Assembly: GCA_028864975.1 (NCBI GenBank)
Contig: JAGWLG010000022.1
Location: forward strand, 1 to 58,481
Reading direction: 5' to 3'
From: Thermoplasmata archaeon
GTDB lineage: Archaea; Thermoplasmatota; Thermoplasmata; Lutacidiplasmatales; UBA184
Length of the DNA stretch: 58,481 bases
Within the stretch, counting starts at the first letter, position 1; each line of letters starts with the position of its first letter. Positions 36,008 to 45,776 of the stretch are shown here, piece after piece. The position numbers and the translations under genes are program-made. The notes beneath the pieces were generated by a model, which saw nothing but the letters and a program-made list of their open reading frames with translations, had not been told where the DNA came from and did no database searches.

Positions 36008-36322
36008 CTAGGGGACGTTCGGTAGGGCTCCTGCGGCACGCCGCAGCCGCTCCATCGCCTCGTTCTGGGACAGGCCCGAAATGCGGAGCTTCTTCGAACG
36101 CGAGCGCTGACCCCCCATCCACTCGATCTTCGACGTTCCTACGGAGAGCGCGCGCGCGACCAGCTCAACGATCGCCACATTGGCCTCGTCCTCTTGCGCC
36201 CGCTCCTCGACCGAAACCAGCCATCGCTTGCGCCACGGGTCCCAGGTGATCTCCTCCTTCCGTGCACCGGGTCGTGCCCAGACCTCCACGATGGCGGAGG
36301 GTTCTCCCCCTACTCTGGTCAT
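36008..36322 (-). CDS. DUF167/UPF0235-family protein
   Basis: VWARPGARKEEI, EANVAIVELVARALSV and GGQRSRSKKL motifs. Confidence 0.85.
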   Translation of the reverse strand: MTRVGGEPSAIVEVWARPGARKEEITWDPWRKRWLVSVEERAQEDEANVAIVELVARALSVGTSKIEWMGGQRSRSKKLRISGLSQNEAMERLRRAAGALPNVP

Positions 36323-36356
36323 GGGACGGATGCCACGCTTGAGGGGACGCTCTCGT

Positions 36357-37565
36357 TCACTTCGCCCGAAGGAGCGCACCGAGTCCTAGCATCAGCGCGG
36401 AGAAGCCTGCCGCCAACCAGAAGGTGGAGCCCCAGCCGTAGGCGCTCCCGAAGCCGAGGAATCCGAGCACGACCACCGTTCCTCCGATCTGCGAGAACTC
36501 CCAGACCATCGCGTTCGCCGCACCCTCCGACGAGGGTCCGACGCTGCGGACCGACAGCTCGAGCCCGAGCGGCAAGGTGGACATGAAGAAGAACCCGAGA
36601 ACGAAGAGCCCTGCCGCTTCGAGGAGCGTGCCCCGGACCAGGCCCAGGAAGGCCCACAGGGGGACCGAGAAGAGGAGGGAGAGCAGCAGCGGTCGGCGAA
36701 GCGTGCGATAGCGGTCCGCGATCACGGACATCACCAGCGCGCCCAAGATGCCCCCCACGATCAGGACGGCGCCCGCGAGACCGGCATCGGAAGCCGACAC
36801 GCCCCGGCTGCCCAGGACGGGCACGACGTAGGTGGCGAGCGAGTTGAAGATGCCGATCCCGACGAAGAAGAGGGCGCAGAGGACGGCGATGTTCCGTATC
36901 CCCAGGCTTCCCAACATCTCCCGCATCGTAGGGGAGCGGTCCGAGATCGGCCGCTCCTTCCGCTCGGCCCCCACCAGGAAGAAGACCGCGAAGGAGAGCA
37001 CCGCGATCCCTGCATAGAGCTCGAGCATCGAACGAACTCCCAGGGCAGGCGCGAGGACCGGGGGGAGCCCGAAGCCGAGCGCGAGTCCCAGGTAGATGGA
37101 GAGCGTTCCGAGCCCCGTGGCGGTGGCGACCTCGGTCTCCGGGAACCATCCCCGTACGAGCTTGGAGAGCGCGTTCAAGATGAAGGGCTGCCCCAGCGCA
37201 CCCACGGCTTGCGTGGCCAGGAGGAGCGGAAAGGTGGGGGCGAACGGCCGAAGGGCCCCCGACAGCGCCAACAGCGCGGCCCCGACCAGCACCGAGACAC
37301 GGAACCCACGTGCATCGACCAGGTACCCCACGGGGAGCGAGATCACGATGTATGCCGCGGGAAAGGTGAGCGACAACCATGTGATGTTGTTCGTCCCCTG
37401 ACAGAATACCGCCGGCCCGCAGGCGGGCAACGCGGAGAAGGTGAGCCAGAGCATCTGGGCCACGATGCTCGGGCCCATGAAGGCACCAAGAACGGCCCAG
37501 CGCCGAGAAGAAGGGGGAGGGGGACCAGGAAACTCCGTGCCCCCGTGGCTCGGACCCCCCTCCAC
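36357..37565 (-). CDS. MFS transporter
   Basis: About 12 TMs; GYLVDARG, QAVGALGQP and ADRYRTLRRP motifs. Confidence 0.9.
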   Translation of the reverse strand: MEGGPSHGGTEFPGPPPPSSRRWAVLGAFMGPSIVAQMLWLTFSALPACGPAVFCQGTNNITWLSLTFPAAYIVISLPVGYLVDARGFRVSVLVGAALLALSGALRPFAPTFPLLLATQAVGALGQPFILNALSKLVRGWFPETEVATATGLGTLSIYLGLALGFGLPPVLAPALGVRSMLELYAGIAVLSFAVFFLVGAERKERPISDRSPTMREMLGSLGIRNIAVLCALFFVGIGIFNSLATYVVPVLGSRGVSASDAGLAGAVLIVGGILGALVMSVIADRYRTLRRPLLLSLLFSVPLWAFLGLVRGTLLEAAGLFVLGFFFMSTLPLGLELSVRSVGPSSEGAANAMVWEFSQIGGTVVVLGFLGFGSAYGWGSTFWLAAGFSALMLGLGALLRAK

Positions 37566-37625
37566 AGCTTCTCAGGTCTCCGCCCCGGGGAGTGCGAACT
37601 CTTAGAAATAGGGCCCCTACGGGGC

Positions 37626-39017
37626 ATGACGATGGAGCTCGAGGAACTGCTCGGGGCGGTCCAGAAGAGGTTCCGCCCGTACGATGGGCAGCTACCCGCC
37701 TTCTCGGCCCTACCGGCAAAGGGGGTCGCTCGAACGGAGCTCCTGGACCTCCTGGCCAAGATGGAGCACGGCGAGGAGGGCCCCTGGAAGAAGGGGCGCG
37801 TCTCGGGGGCGGTCTATCATGGGGAGCGCGAGCACGCGAAGTTCGCGACCCGAGCCTACGCGCTGAGCTCCCACACGAACCCTCTCCACCCTGACGTGTG
37901 GCCCAGCCTGGTGAAGATGGAGAGCGAGATCGTCGCCATGACCGCCCACATGCTAGGCGGCGGAGCGTCGACCCGAGGCGCGGTCACCTCCGGTGGGACG
38001 GAGAGCATCCTGATTGCGATGAAGGCCTACCGGGACTGGTCGAGAGCGAAGCGGTCGATCACCGAGCCCGAGGTCGTCCTACCCGTTTCGGCCCACGTCG
38101 CCTTCGACAAGGCCTGCCACTACTTCGGTCTGCGCCCCAAGCTCGTTCCGCTGACGGAGGACTACGCCGCGAACGTCGAAGCCGTGAAGACGGCCATCAC
38201 TCCCAACACCGCCGTGGTCGTGGGCTCCGCCCCCTGCTTCCCCTACGGCGTGGTCGACCCCATCCGCGAGATGTCGGAGGTGGCGAAGGACGCGGGGGTG
38301 GGGTTCCACACGGACGCGTGCCTGGGGGGCTTCATCCTCCCATGGGCGAAGCGTCTGGGGGAGGACGTGCCCACCTTCGACCTCGGACTCCCCGGGGTGA
38401 CCTCGATCTCGGCGGACACCCACAAGTACGGGTACGCTCCGAAAGGGACCTCGGTCGTCCTCTACTCGGACCCGGAGATCCTCCACCGCCAGTACTATGT
38501 GGCGAAGCACTGGCCAGGAGGCATCTACTTCTCGACGACGATGGCGGGGAGCCGTCCCGGGGGGCTCGTCGCGGCGGCCTGGGCCACCCTACTCGCCCTG
38601 GGCGAGGAGGGCTACCTGGAGCTGGCCAAGAAGGTCCTCGCCGCCGCGAAGGAGCTCCGTTCGGGGGTCGCCAAGGTCCCGGGGGTACATCTCATGGGGC
38701 CGTCGCCCATCGTGGCCGCGTTCCGGACCGAACCCCAGGACGTCTACCAGGTCATGGAACTCCTCTCCCAGCGAGGCTGGTTCTTGAACGGCCTGCAGAA
38801 CCCTCCAGGGCTCCACCTCGCCGTCACCCTTCGCCAGACGCCCCCCGCCGTCGTGCGCTCCTTCCTCCGCGACCTGCGCTGGGCCATGAAGGAGGCCGCG
38901 ACCGGCTCCGGCACGGGGGGCCTCGCCCCCGTCTACGGGCTGGCCTCCACGATGCCCGACGATGCGGTGGAAGAGTTCCTGGACTCCATCCTCGACTGGA
39001 TGTACCACGGGTCCTGA
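37626..39017 (+). CDS. Sphingosine-1-phosphate lyase-like PLP-dependent enzyme
   Basis: GRVSGAVY, NPLHPDVWP, TSGGTESI, HTDACLGG, SADTHKYG (PLP Lys), GSRPG and LQNPPGLH motifs. Confidence 0.88.
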   Translation: MTMELEELLGAVQKRFRPYDGQLPAFSALPAKGVARTELLDLLAKMEHGEEGPWKKGRVSGAVYHGEREHAKFATRAYALSSHTNPLHPDVWPSLVKMESEIVAMTAHMLGGGASTRGAVTSGGTESILIAMKAYRDWSRAKRSITEPEVVLPVSAHVAFDKACHYFGLRPKLVPLTEDYAANVEAVKTAITPNTAVVVGSAPCFPYGVVDPIREMSEVAKDAGVGFHTDACLGGFILPWAKRLGEDVPTFDLGLPGVTSISADTHKYGYAPKGTSVVLYSDPEILHRQYYVAKHWPGGIYFSTTMAGSRPGGLVAAAWATLLALGEEGYLELAKKVLAAAKELRSGVAKVPGVHLMGPSPIVAAFRTEPQDVYQVMELLSQRGWFLNGLQNPPGLHLAVTLRQTPPAVVRSFLRDLRWAMKEAATGSGTGGLAPVYGLASTMPDDAVEEFLDSILDWMYHGS

Positions 39018-39029
39018 GGGCGAAGGCGG

Positions 39030-40601
39030 ATGTCGGGGCGAGAGCACCCTCCCCTGTTCCTGGGCATCGACCTCGGCACCTCGTCGGTCAAGGTCGCCCT
39101 GACGAACGTCTCGGGGAAGGTGCTCGGAGGAGCGACCTCGGAATACCGCCTGGTCCTCCTCCCGAACGGTGGGGTCGAGCAGGACCCCGGGGCCTGGTGG
39201 GGCGGCGTGGTCCGAGCGACGAAGGGCCTCCTCGAGCGGAGCCGAGCCGACCCAGGACGTGTCGCGGCGATCGCTGCTACGGGACAGTGGTCCGGGACGG
39301 TCGCCGTCGACGCGAAGGGGAAGCCCCTGCGGCGCGCCATCGTCTGGATGGACACCCGGGGAGAACCGTTCATCCGCACGCTCACGGGTGGGTTCCCGAG
39401 CGTCTCGGGCTATCGCCTCGACAAGCTCCTGCGGTGGCTGCGTCGTACGGGCGGCGCCCCGGCCCACGCAGGAAAGGACTCCCTGGCCCACATCCTCTAC
39501 CTGAGAGAGAAGGAACCCGAGGTGTACCGCTCCGCCTTCTGCTTCCTGGAACCGAAGGACTGGATCAATCACCGCCTCACAGGGAACTTTTCCGCCTCGT
39601 GGGACAACACGGTCGTCACGTGGGTGACCGACAACCGGGACGCCTCGCACGTCGTCTACGACCCCTCGCTCTTTCGGATGGCCGGGCTCGCTCCTCAGAA
39701 GTTCCCGCCGCTCAAGAGCTCTGTCGAGAAGGTTGGCGGGCTCGCCGAAGGCTCCGCGCGGGAGCTCGGGCTACGACCCGGCACCCCGGTCGTGGCGGGG
39801 GCGGGGGACATGCAGGCCTCGCTCGTCGGCAGCTGGTGCACGCGGCCGTACCAGTTCCACCTCTATCTTGGGACGTCCTCGTGGCTCACCGCCCACGTCC
39901 CCTTCCAGCGCACCGACATCTTCCACAACATCGCTTCGCTTCCCGGGGCCGTCCCCGGGAGCTTCTCCATCATCGCAACGCAGGAGTCCGCTGGGAGCTC
40001 TCTCACCTACGCGCGCGACCTGCTCTTTGGCCACGGCATGGCCGTCCCGAGCTACCCTGAGCTCGACGCCCTCGCGTCCAAGGCCCCTGCGGGCGCCGGA
40101 GGGATCCTCTTCGCCCCCTGGCTCTACGGTGAGCGGGCCCCCGTCGAGGACCGCAATCTCCGAGGGGCGCTCTTCAACCTCTCCTTGTCCTCGGACCGAG
40201 GCCGCGTTCTGCGGGCGGTCATGGAAGGGGTCGCCTACAACACCCGCTGGATCCTCGGTCCCGTCGAGAAGCTGGCCGGCCATCGCGCGGATCCCATCCG
40301 TGTCGGCGGAGGCGGGGCCAACTCCCCTCTCTGGTGCCAGATCCTCGCGAGCGTGCTGGACCGGAGGGTCGAGGTCCTCGCGGACCCTGGCTACGCGACG
40401 GCCCGAGGGGCGGCCCTCCTCGGGGCCGTGGGGTCGGGCGCAACAACGTTCGACGCGGTCGCAGGGGCTGCGACCCTGGTGCGGACCTTCTCCCCGGACC
40501 CCAAGGACCGGCCCCTCTATGACCAGATGTTCGAGCGGTTCCGTCGTTTCCACGCCACGAACACGAAGCTCTACCGCGAGCTCAATTCTTCCGACTCGTG
40601 A
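39030..40601 (+). CDS. FGGY-family carbohydrate kinase (xylulokinase-like)
   Basis: GIDLGTSSVK, VEQDP, WMDTR, PWLYGERAP, AVMEGVA and GGGANS motifs. Confidence 0.92.
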   Translation: MSGREHPPLFLGIDLGTSSVKVALTNVSGKVLGGATSEYRLVLLPNGGVEQDPGAWWGGVVRATKGLLERSRADPGRVAAIAATGQWSGTVAVDAKGKPLRRAIVWMDTRGEPFIRTLTGGFPSVSGYRLDKLLRWLRRTGGAPAHAGKDSLAHILYLREKEPEVYRSAFCFLEPKDWINHRLTGNFSASWDNTVVTWVTDNRDASHVVYDPSLFRMAGLAPQKFPPLKSSVEKVGGLAEGSARELGLRPGTPVVAGAGDMQASLVGSWCTRPYQFHLYLGTSSWLTAHVPFQRTDIFHNIASLPGAVPGSFSIIATQESAGSSLTYARDLLFGHGMAVPSYPELDALASKAPAGAGGILFAPWLYGERAPVEDRNLRGALFNLSLSSDRGRVLRAVMEGVAYNTRWILGPVEKLAGHRADPIRVGGGGANSPLWCQILASVLDRRVEVLADPGYATARGAALLGAVGSGATTFDAVAGAATLVRTFSPDPKDRPLYDQMFERFRRFHATNTKLYRELNSSDS

Positions 40602-40627
40602 ACCCCCGACGATCGGGAAGCTTCGGG

Positions 40628-41557
40628 CTATCGCAGCTTGAGACCGAGCAGCACGGACTCGTCGCCCACCGTACCTTCCAGTCCCTCCAGCATCCCGAGG
40701 AACCGAGTATCGACCGTGGTGGTGATCCTGTCGTATCCAAGCTGCTTCGCTCGGACCGAGGCCGAGTCCAGCACGCCACGGAGGTGTTGGGGGCCCGGGA
40801 CCCATGCCTGGAGGACGGCCGTCGCCTCTCGGCGCATGAACTGCGTCAGACGATAGTACGTCCCCTCGCTCGGCCACCAACCTTCCTCGTGCCGGAGGAA
40901 GGTGGGGTCCCCCAGGTGCTTCCAGCCCTTGAGCCAGGTCGCGAAGCTGCTCTGGAACCTTCCCAGGAGCAGCGGACGATGTTCGAGCGGCGCGAAGGAC
41001 GTGAGGTGGGTGAGTTGGCTCTCGACCTGCCCTGCCCCGAGCCTCTCCCCGAGCGGAAGCTCGAAGTCCTTCTCCCTCGCGACCACCTCGCGGAGGTCGC
41101 ACTTCACGTAGAACTCCACCGCAGTCCGCTCGGGGGTGACCGTGAGCGACTCGCATCCCTGAGCGACCGCTCGCTGCCGGACCTCCTCGACCAGGCGGCG
41201 TCCGACCCCCTTTCGTTGCTCGTCCTTCCTGACCTCAAGCATGTCGATATGCGCGGTCCGGCCCATGTCGGGGTCCGGGCCGACGTAGACCTCGATCTCT
41301 CCCAGGAGCCTCCCATCCTCCTCGGCGACGAACGTCCACTGACCCGCGGCGAGTAGCGCCTCGAGGTGCGCTCGGAGGGCGGACGGCACCATCCAGGCCC
41401 CTCCGTAGGAAAGACGCTCCCGGTCCGTCAGGTCCTCGTACCGTGAGGGGACCAGGCTCCCATCGGGTCGGACCTGGCGCCACTCGACCACCTCGAGCCG
41501 GTGGATCTCCGAGATCGCCTCGGCATCCTCCGGCGTGGCGGGACGGATCGAGACCAT
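40628..41557 (-). CDS. GNAT-family N-acetyltransferase
   Basis: IRPAT.EDA, FVAEEDG and QRKGVGRRL motifs. Confidence 0.85.
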   Translation of the reverse strand: MVSIRPATPEDAEAISEIHRLEVVEWRQVRPDGSLVPSRYEDLTDRERLSYGGAWMVPSALRAHLEALLAAGQWTFVAEEDGRLLGEIEVYVGPDPDMGRTAHIDMLEVRKDEQRKGVGRRLVEEVRQRAVAQGCESLTVTPERTAVEFYVKCDLREVVAREKDFELPLGERLGAGQVESQLTHLTSFAPLEHRPLLLGRFQSSFATWLKGWKHLGDPTFLRHEEGWWPSEGTYYRLTQFMRREATAVLQAWVPGPQHLRGVLDSASVRAKQLGYDRITTTVDTRFLGMLEGLEGTVGDESVLLGLKLR

Positions 41558-41572
41558 GCGGGCTCCCCCTTC

Positions 41573-42826
41573 CTACGCGGTCCCAGGGTCCAAGGCGACG
41601 GAGTGTTTCCGAGGGTCCGCGTTCGGGACGAGCATGAGGAGCCCGAGAGGAACGATGATGAAGATCGTCAGAGCGACCCAGAGCATCGAGTAGCCATACG
41701 TGGCGATGACCCACCCCGCCACGGCCGCCACCGTGGCCCCCCCCGCGAGCTGGATACCGTTCAGGAGTCCGATGGCCAGCGGCGTGTCCTCCTGGCTGAG
41801 CCCTGGCAGATAGGGTGGGATGACGTACATCATCGCGTAGACCATGCCGAAGGCGAAGGCGAACGTGGCCGCGATCGCGGCCACCCCTACGATCGGCGAG
41901 TAGGGGATCAGGAGGAGCAGGAGCGCGGGGAGCGCGGTGAAGACGACCATCTGCGTCCTGCGGTTCGTGAACCGCTCGGTGAGGCGACCCCCGACCGGGC
42001 CTCCGAAGAGGCTCGGAAAGACGAAGAGCGAGGCCACGGCTCCCGCTAGGGCGGGGGCCCAGAGCAGCGGGGGCCGCTGCGCATAGGCGACGAAGAACTG
42101 ACCGGTCGAGAGGGAGGCCCCCTCGAGCCCCACGAAGGCGAACCCGATGCCCCAGACCGCCTTAGAGCGAAGGGCGGCCATCGGGGCCGCTGAGGCCGAG
42201 GGGGGTCTGGCCGACGGAGCTCCGGTGTCGCGGGGGACCCAGCGAAGACCCAGGAGGAAGAGCACGAGCATCAGCGCGCCCCCCAGGGCGAGGGACACTT
42301 GCCAGCCATACCGTGGGATGAGCAGCGCCGGCAGGAAGGTACCGAGCCCAGCTCCCGCGGCGAACGCGGAAGAGAAGATGCCGACGGGGACGCCGCGTTC
42401 CCCTGGCGGATAGAGGGAAGCCACGAGCGCGATGGTGGGAGAGAAGAAGATGCCCGCGCCGGCCCCGGCCAGGAAACGCAGGACGAGAAGGGCCGGGAAC
42501 GTCGGAGCGGCCGCTCCGACCAGCGCCGCCCCCCCTAAGAGCAGGGCCCCCAAGAGCCCGATGCTTTTCGTCCCGTGCCGACGCGCAAGAAGCCCCGCCG
42601 GGACCTGCATCACCGCGGCCCCCGCGAAGAACGCCGCGAGAGGGAGCCCTAGCGCTGAGACCGGGATTCCCGGATAGGTCGCCAGCACCCCGTGCGGACC
42701 GGGAGCCAACGCCGGACCGATATCGAACCAGTTGTAGGCGTAGACCACACGAAGGGCGACGAGGACCGCCATGGCCCGCGCGACCGCGCCGGGCGGAAGC
42801 CGCGAGGGAGCTCCCGCGGTCGTCAT
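41573..42826 (-). CDS. MFS transporter
   Basis: About 12 TMs; GLLARRHG, LRFLAGAGAG and ERGVPVG motifs. Confidence 0.88.
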   Translation of the reverse strand: MTTAGAPSRLPPGAVARAMAVLVALRVVYAYNWFDIGPALAPGPHGVLATYPGIPVSALGLPLAAFFAGAAVMQVPAGLLARRHGTKSIGLLGALLLGGAALVGAAAPTFPALLVLRFLAGAGAGIFFSPTIALVASLYPPGERGVPVGIFSSAFAAGAGLGTFLPALLIPRYGWQVSLALGGALMLVLFLLGLRWVPRDTGAPSARPPSASAAPMAALRSKAVWGIGFAFVGLEGASLSTGQFFVAYAQRPPLLWAPALAGAVASLFVFPSLFGGPVGGRLTERFTNRRTQMVVFTALPALLLLLIPYSPIVGVAAIAATFAFAFGMVYAMMYVIPPYLPGLSQEDTPLAIGLLNGIQLAGGATVAAVAGWVIATYGYSMLWVALTIFIIVPLGLLMLVPNADPRKHSVALDPGTA

Positions 42827-42899
42827 CGCGTTCGCAGCACGAGGGGAGCGCACAAGAACCTGGTGTCCATCGTCCGGGCAGGAGCTCCCCCCCACGACC

Positions 42900-43076
42900 A
42901 TGACCCATCTGCTCGAAGGGACGGCGGACCCGGCCAAGACGAAGCGCCTCCAGAAGCTCGGGCTCGATGTCTCCTGCTACGTCTGCGGTGAGAAGCCGCC
43001 TCAGGTCTTTGTCAATCGAGCCTTGGACGGACGGGTCTTCTTCGCCTGCGAGCGCTGCCGGGACAAGGTGGTCTGA
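42900..43076 (+). CDS. Small zinc-finger protein (58 aa)
   Basis: CYVC...CERC; AGGAG lies upstream. Confidence 0.65.
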   Translation: MTHLLEGTADPAKTKRLQKLGLDVSCYVCGEKPPQVFVNRALDGRVFFACERCRDKVV

Positions 43077-43140
43077 CCACCGGGCCCCTGGAACTGCTCC
43101 GCAATCGATTTCCTTGTACGGCGCGCATCCTGTCCCCCTC

Positions 43141-43947
43141 ATGCCCGCACCGGGTCCCCGCAGGAAGTCCGCGACCCCGGCGCCTAAGTTCCAGGTCCTC
43201 CTCGACTTCGACGGAACCCTGGTCGAGCCGAACGTCGCGATCGAGCTGGTCGGCGAGTTCGCGCCTGACGGGCCCCGGATCGCCCACGAGGTCGACCTGG
43301 AGCTGCACGCCGGGAAGATCACCCTGCGGGAGGCGTGGGCCCGCGAGGTCGAGATCCTCCCCATGGACCGCATCTCCGAGATGAGGGAGTACACCGTCCG
43401 GAACGTTCCCCTTCGGAAGGGGGCTCACGAGCTGCTCGACCTTCTCCAGGAGCATGGCATCCCGTTCGCCATCGTCTCGGGAGGGCTCGACTTCTACATC
43501 CGCCCCGTCCTGGACCGAGAAGGGGTGCGTGCCCCCATCTTCTGCGATACCGTTGTCGCGGACGAGGAAGGGGAGACTCCCCACCTGGCGCACCCCTACG
43601 GCCACCCCACCTGTCGGCTCTGCGGGATCTGCAAGGCGCGGGTGGTCCGGGACCACGCGAAGGACCAGGTCCCGGTGGTCTTCGTCGGCGACGGGAGCAC
43701 CGACCGGTTCGCGGCGGAGGTCGCCGATGTGGTCTTCGCGCGGCACCGACTCCTGACCTACTGCCGAGAGCGCGGCATCCCTCACCTTCCGTTCGAGGAC
43801 CTTCACCCCGTGCGGGAGACCATGGCACGATGGATCGGAGGGGAGGAGGTCATTCCCCGGCGCGGTGCTCTCGGGGTCCGGGCCTCGAAGTGCCCGATCT
43901 CACAAGAATTGTCAGAAAGATCGGAAGAGGTTCGGGGAAGAGGTTAG
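43141..43947 (+). CDS. HAD phosphatase, MtnX-like
   Basis: DFDGT, IVSGG, CRLCGICK and FVGDGSTD motifs. Confidence 0.85.
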   Translation: MPAPGPRRKSATPAPKFQVLLDFDGTLVEPNVAIELVGEFAPDGPRIAHEVDLELHAGKITLREAWAREVEILPMDRISEMREYTVRNVPLRKGAHELLDLLQEHGIPFAIVSGGLDFYIRPVLDREGVRAPIFCDTVVADEEGETPHLAHPYGHPTCRLCGICKARVVRDHAKDQVPVVFVGDGSTDRFAAEVADVVFARHRLLTYCRERGIPHLPFEDLHPVRETMARWIGGEEVIPRRGALGVRASKCPISQELSERSEEVRGRG

Positions 43948-43982
43948 GGGGGGCCCCGAGGGGCCCCCCTGCTTTGGCCGGC

Positions 43983-45563
43983 CTAGCGGTACGCGGGCGG
44001 GGGCGCCTGCTGGGGGGCACCGGGCGCCTGCTGCTGGGGAGGCCACGCACCGTACGCGGGCTGGGGCTGCGCGGGGGCCGGAGCTGCCGCCGGGGGCGCG
44101 CGGCGCCGGCGCATGACCATCACGGCGGCCACCGCGACCACCACAACCACGGCCACGACGATCACGACCATGAACAGCCAGGGCGTCCCGCTGGAGGCGC
44201 TGGGGGGCGACATCAGGTTGTTCGCGTCGCTCTGCGCCTGGCTCGGGGCGACGGGTCCGCTCGAGCCACCAGGGGCCATGCCACCCGTGTAGGTGGAGGT
44301 CGCGCCCAGGGTGTTGCTGCTCGAGAACCCCACGTTGTGCCCGCTCGAGGAGTAGTCCAGGCCGCCCGACGGGGTCATCGTGAGGGCGGGGCTCAGGACC
44401 GCTGCGTGGAGCCCTCCCAAGACCGGGGTGGCGGGGGCGGGGGTGGACAGCCCGAAGAGCGTGGTCCCACCGGGGGTCAGGAAGACCCCGTCGCTCATCC
44501 CAAGGGGACCCAGGATCGAGAGCGTGATCACCTGGAAGGTGCACGGGCAGCCCGGTCCGTTGTTCACGACCACGGGGCCGTAGTCCGCCCCGTTCTCGGT
44601 CAGCGAACCGCTTCCCGCTCCGGAAGCCGCATAGCTCTTGGTGATGTTGTTCACCGCGTAGGGAGGACACGGGTTAGGGTACGTGCAGGTGGGCGGCGGG
44701 GCACCGCTGCTCGAGCAGACCGTGCTCGAACCGCTCGACGACTGGGCCCACGCGCAGGGGTAGTACATGTGGGCGCCGAAGCCACCCGAGGCGGAGCCCG
44801 TGTAGTTCGCTGCCGCGCTCCACTGCTCGCCAGCGGACATCGCGCCGCCGTAGTTGGGCCCACCCCACAGGTGGTTGGGCACAAGCCCGAGCGCCGGCGT
44901 GAAGGCGGCCTGGAGCCCGAAGGAGGCGTTGACCGAGAAGTAGGCCGAGCCCCCCGAGAACGGTCCCCCGGAGACCGACGCCTGGGCGGTGATGTTCGCC
45001 GCTTGGTTCGTCTCCGCGTTCATGAGCCCGAGCGCCGGCGACCAGGTGTCGTTGTCGCTCGTGCCGCCGTAGAGCCCGGGGCAGCCGCTGCCGGCGCCAC
45101 CATACATGTAGAACATGGCGGTGTTGCCCGCGCAGACCTGGGAGCTCGAGGTGAAGTTGGCGTTCGCGTACGCGCCGTACCAAGCTGACGCCGTCGCGTT
45201 GCCGTTGATCGTGGTGCCCACCGGGAAGCTGCCGCAGTTGGCGTTGCAGGTCACGCTGACGGAGCCGCCCGCGTAGGCGCGAAGGACCTTCTCGACGGAG
45301 ACCGAGTAGGTGCCGCCGTTGTCGACCTCGTTGTAGATGATGACGACCTCGGCCCAGAAGTGAGCGGAGCCCGTTTCGGTGACATTGGGATTGCTGTAGG
45401 CGCCGCACGTCGGCATGGCGCAGGTATAGGCGAAGTCCTGCTCCCAGGCCCAACTCGTATTCCCGGTCACCGCTGGGCGCACGCTGGAAGCGTGGGCGGA
45501 ACCCGCGCTCAGGCCCATCGAGACCAAGAACAGGAACGCGATCGCGGCGACGAGGGTGCTCAT
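43983..45563 (-). CDS. Type I membrane surface protein
   Basis: Signal peptide (AHA|S), Ser/Gly/Ala/Cys-rich ectodomain, TM followed by RRRR, Pro/Gln-rich tail. Confidence 0.8.
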   Translation of the reverse strand: MSTLVAAIAFLFLVSMGLSAGSAHASSVRPAVTGNTSWAWEQDFAYTCAMPTCGAYSNPNVTETGSAHFWAEVVIIYNEVDNGGTYSVSVEKVLRAYAGGSVSVTCNANCGSFPVGTTINGNATASAWYGAYANANFTSSSQVCAGNTAMFYMYGGAGSGCPGLYGGTSDNDTWSPALGLMNAETNQAANITAQASVSGGPFSGGSAYFSVNASFGLQAAFTPALGLVPNHLWGGPNYGGAMSAGEQWSAAANYTGSASGGFGAHMYYPCAWAQSSSGSSTVCSSSGAPPPTCTYPNPCPPYAVNNITKSYAASGAGSGSLTENGADYGPVVVNNGPGCPCTFQVITLSILGPLGMSDGVFLTPGGTTLFGLSTPAPATPVLGGLHAAVLSPALTMTPSGGLDYSSSGHNVGFSSSNTLGATSTYTGGMAPGGSSGPVAPSQAQSDANNLMSPPSASSGTPWLFMVVIVVAVVVVVAVAAVMVMRRRRAPPAAAPAPAQPQPAYGAWPPQQQAPGAPQQAPPPAYR

Positions 45564-45776
45564 CCGGTGTCTCACTATGGGCCTCACGGGTTTTGTCTCC
45601 AACGGGCAGCCAGCGCCGCCCGCTTCCCAAAGTATGCCGTCGGACGGTAGATGAACGTTTGCACATCGCGGGCGAACCTTTGGCCACGAAAATCCAGGGT
45701 CCGGGGCGTGCTAGGTCGTGTCACTCTTCGGCTCCTCTATCTTCTGAAAGGGGTCTCCGATGTCCTGCAGGGGGGC

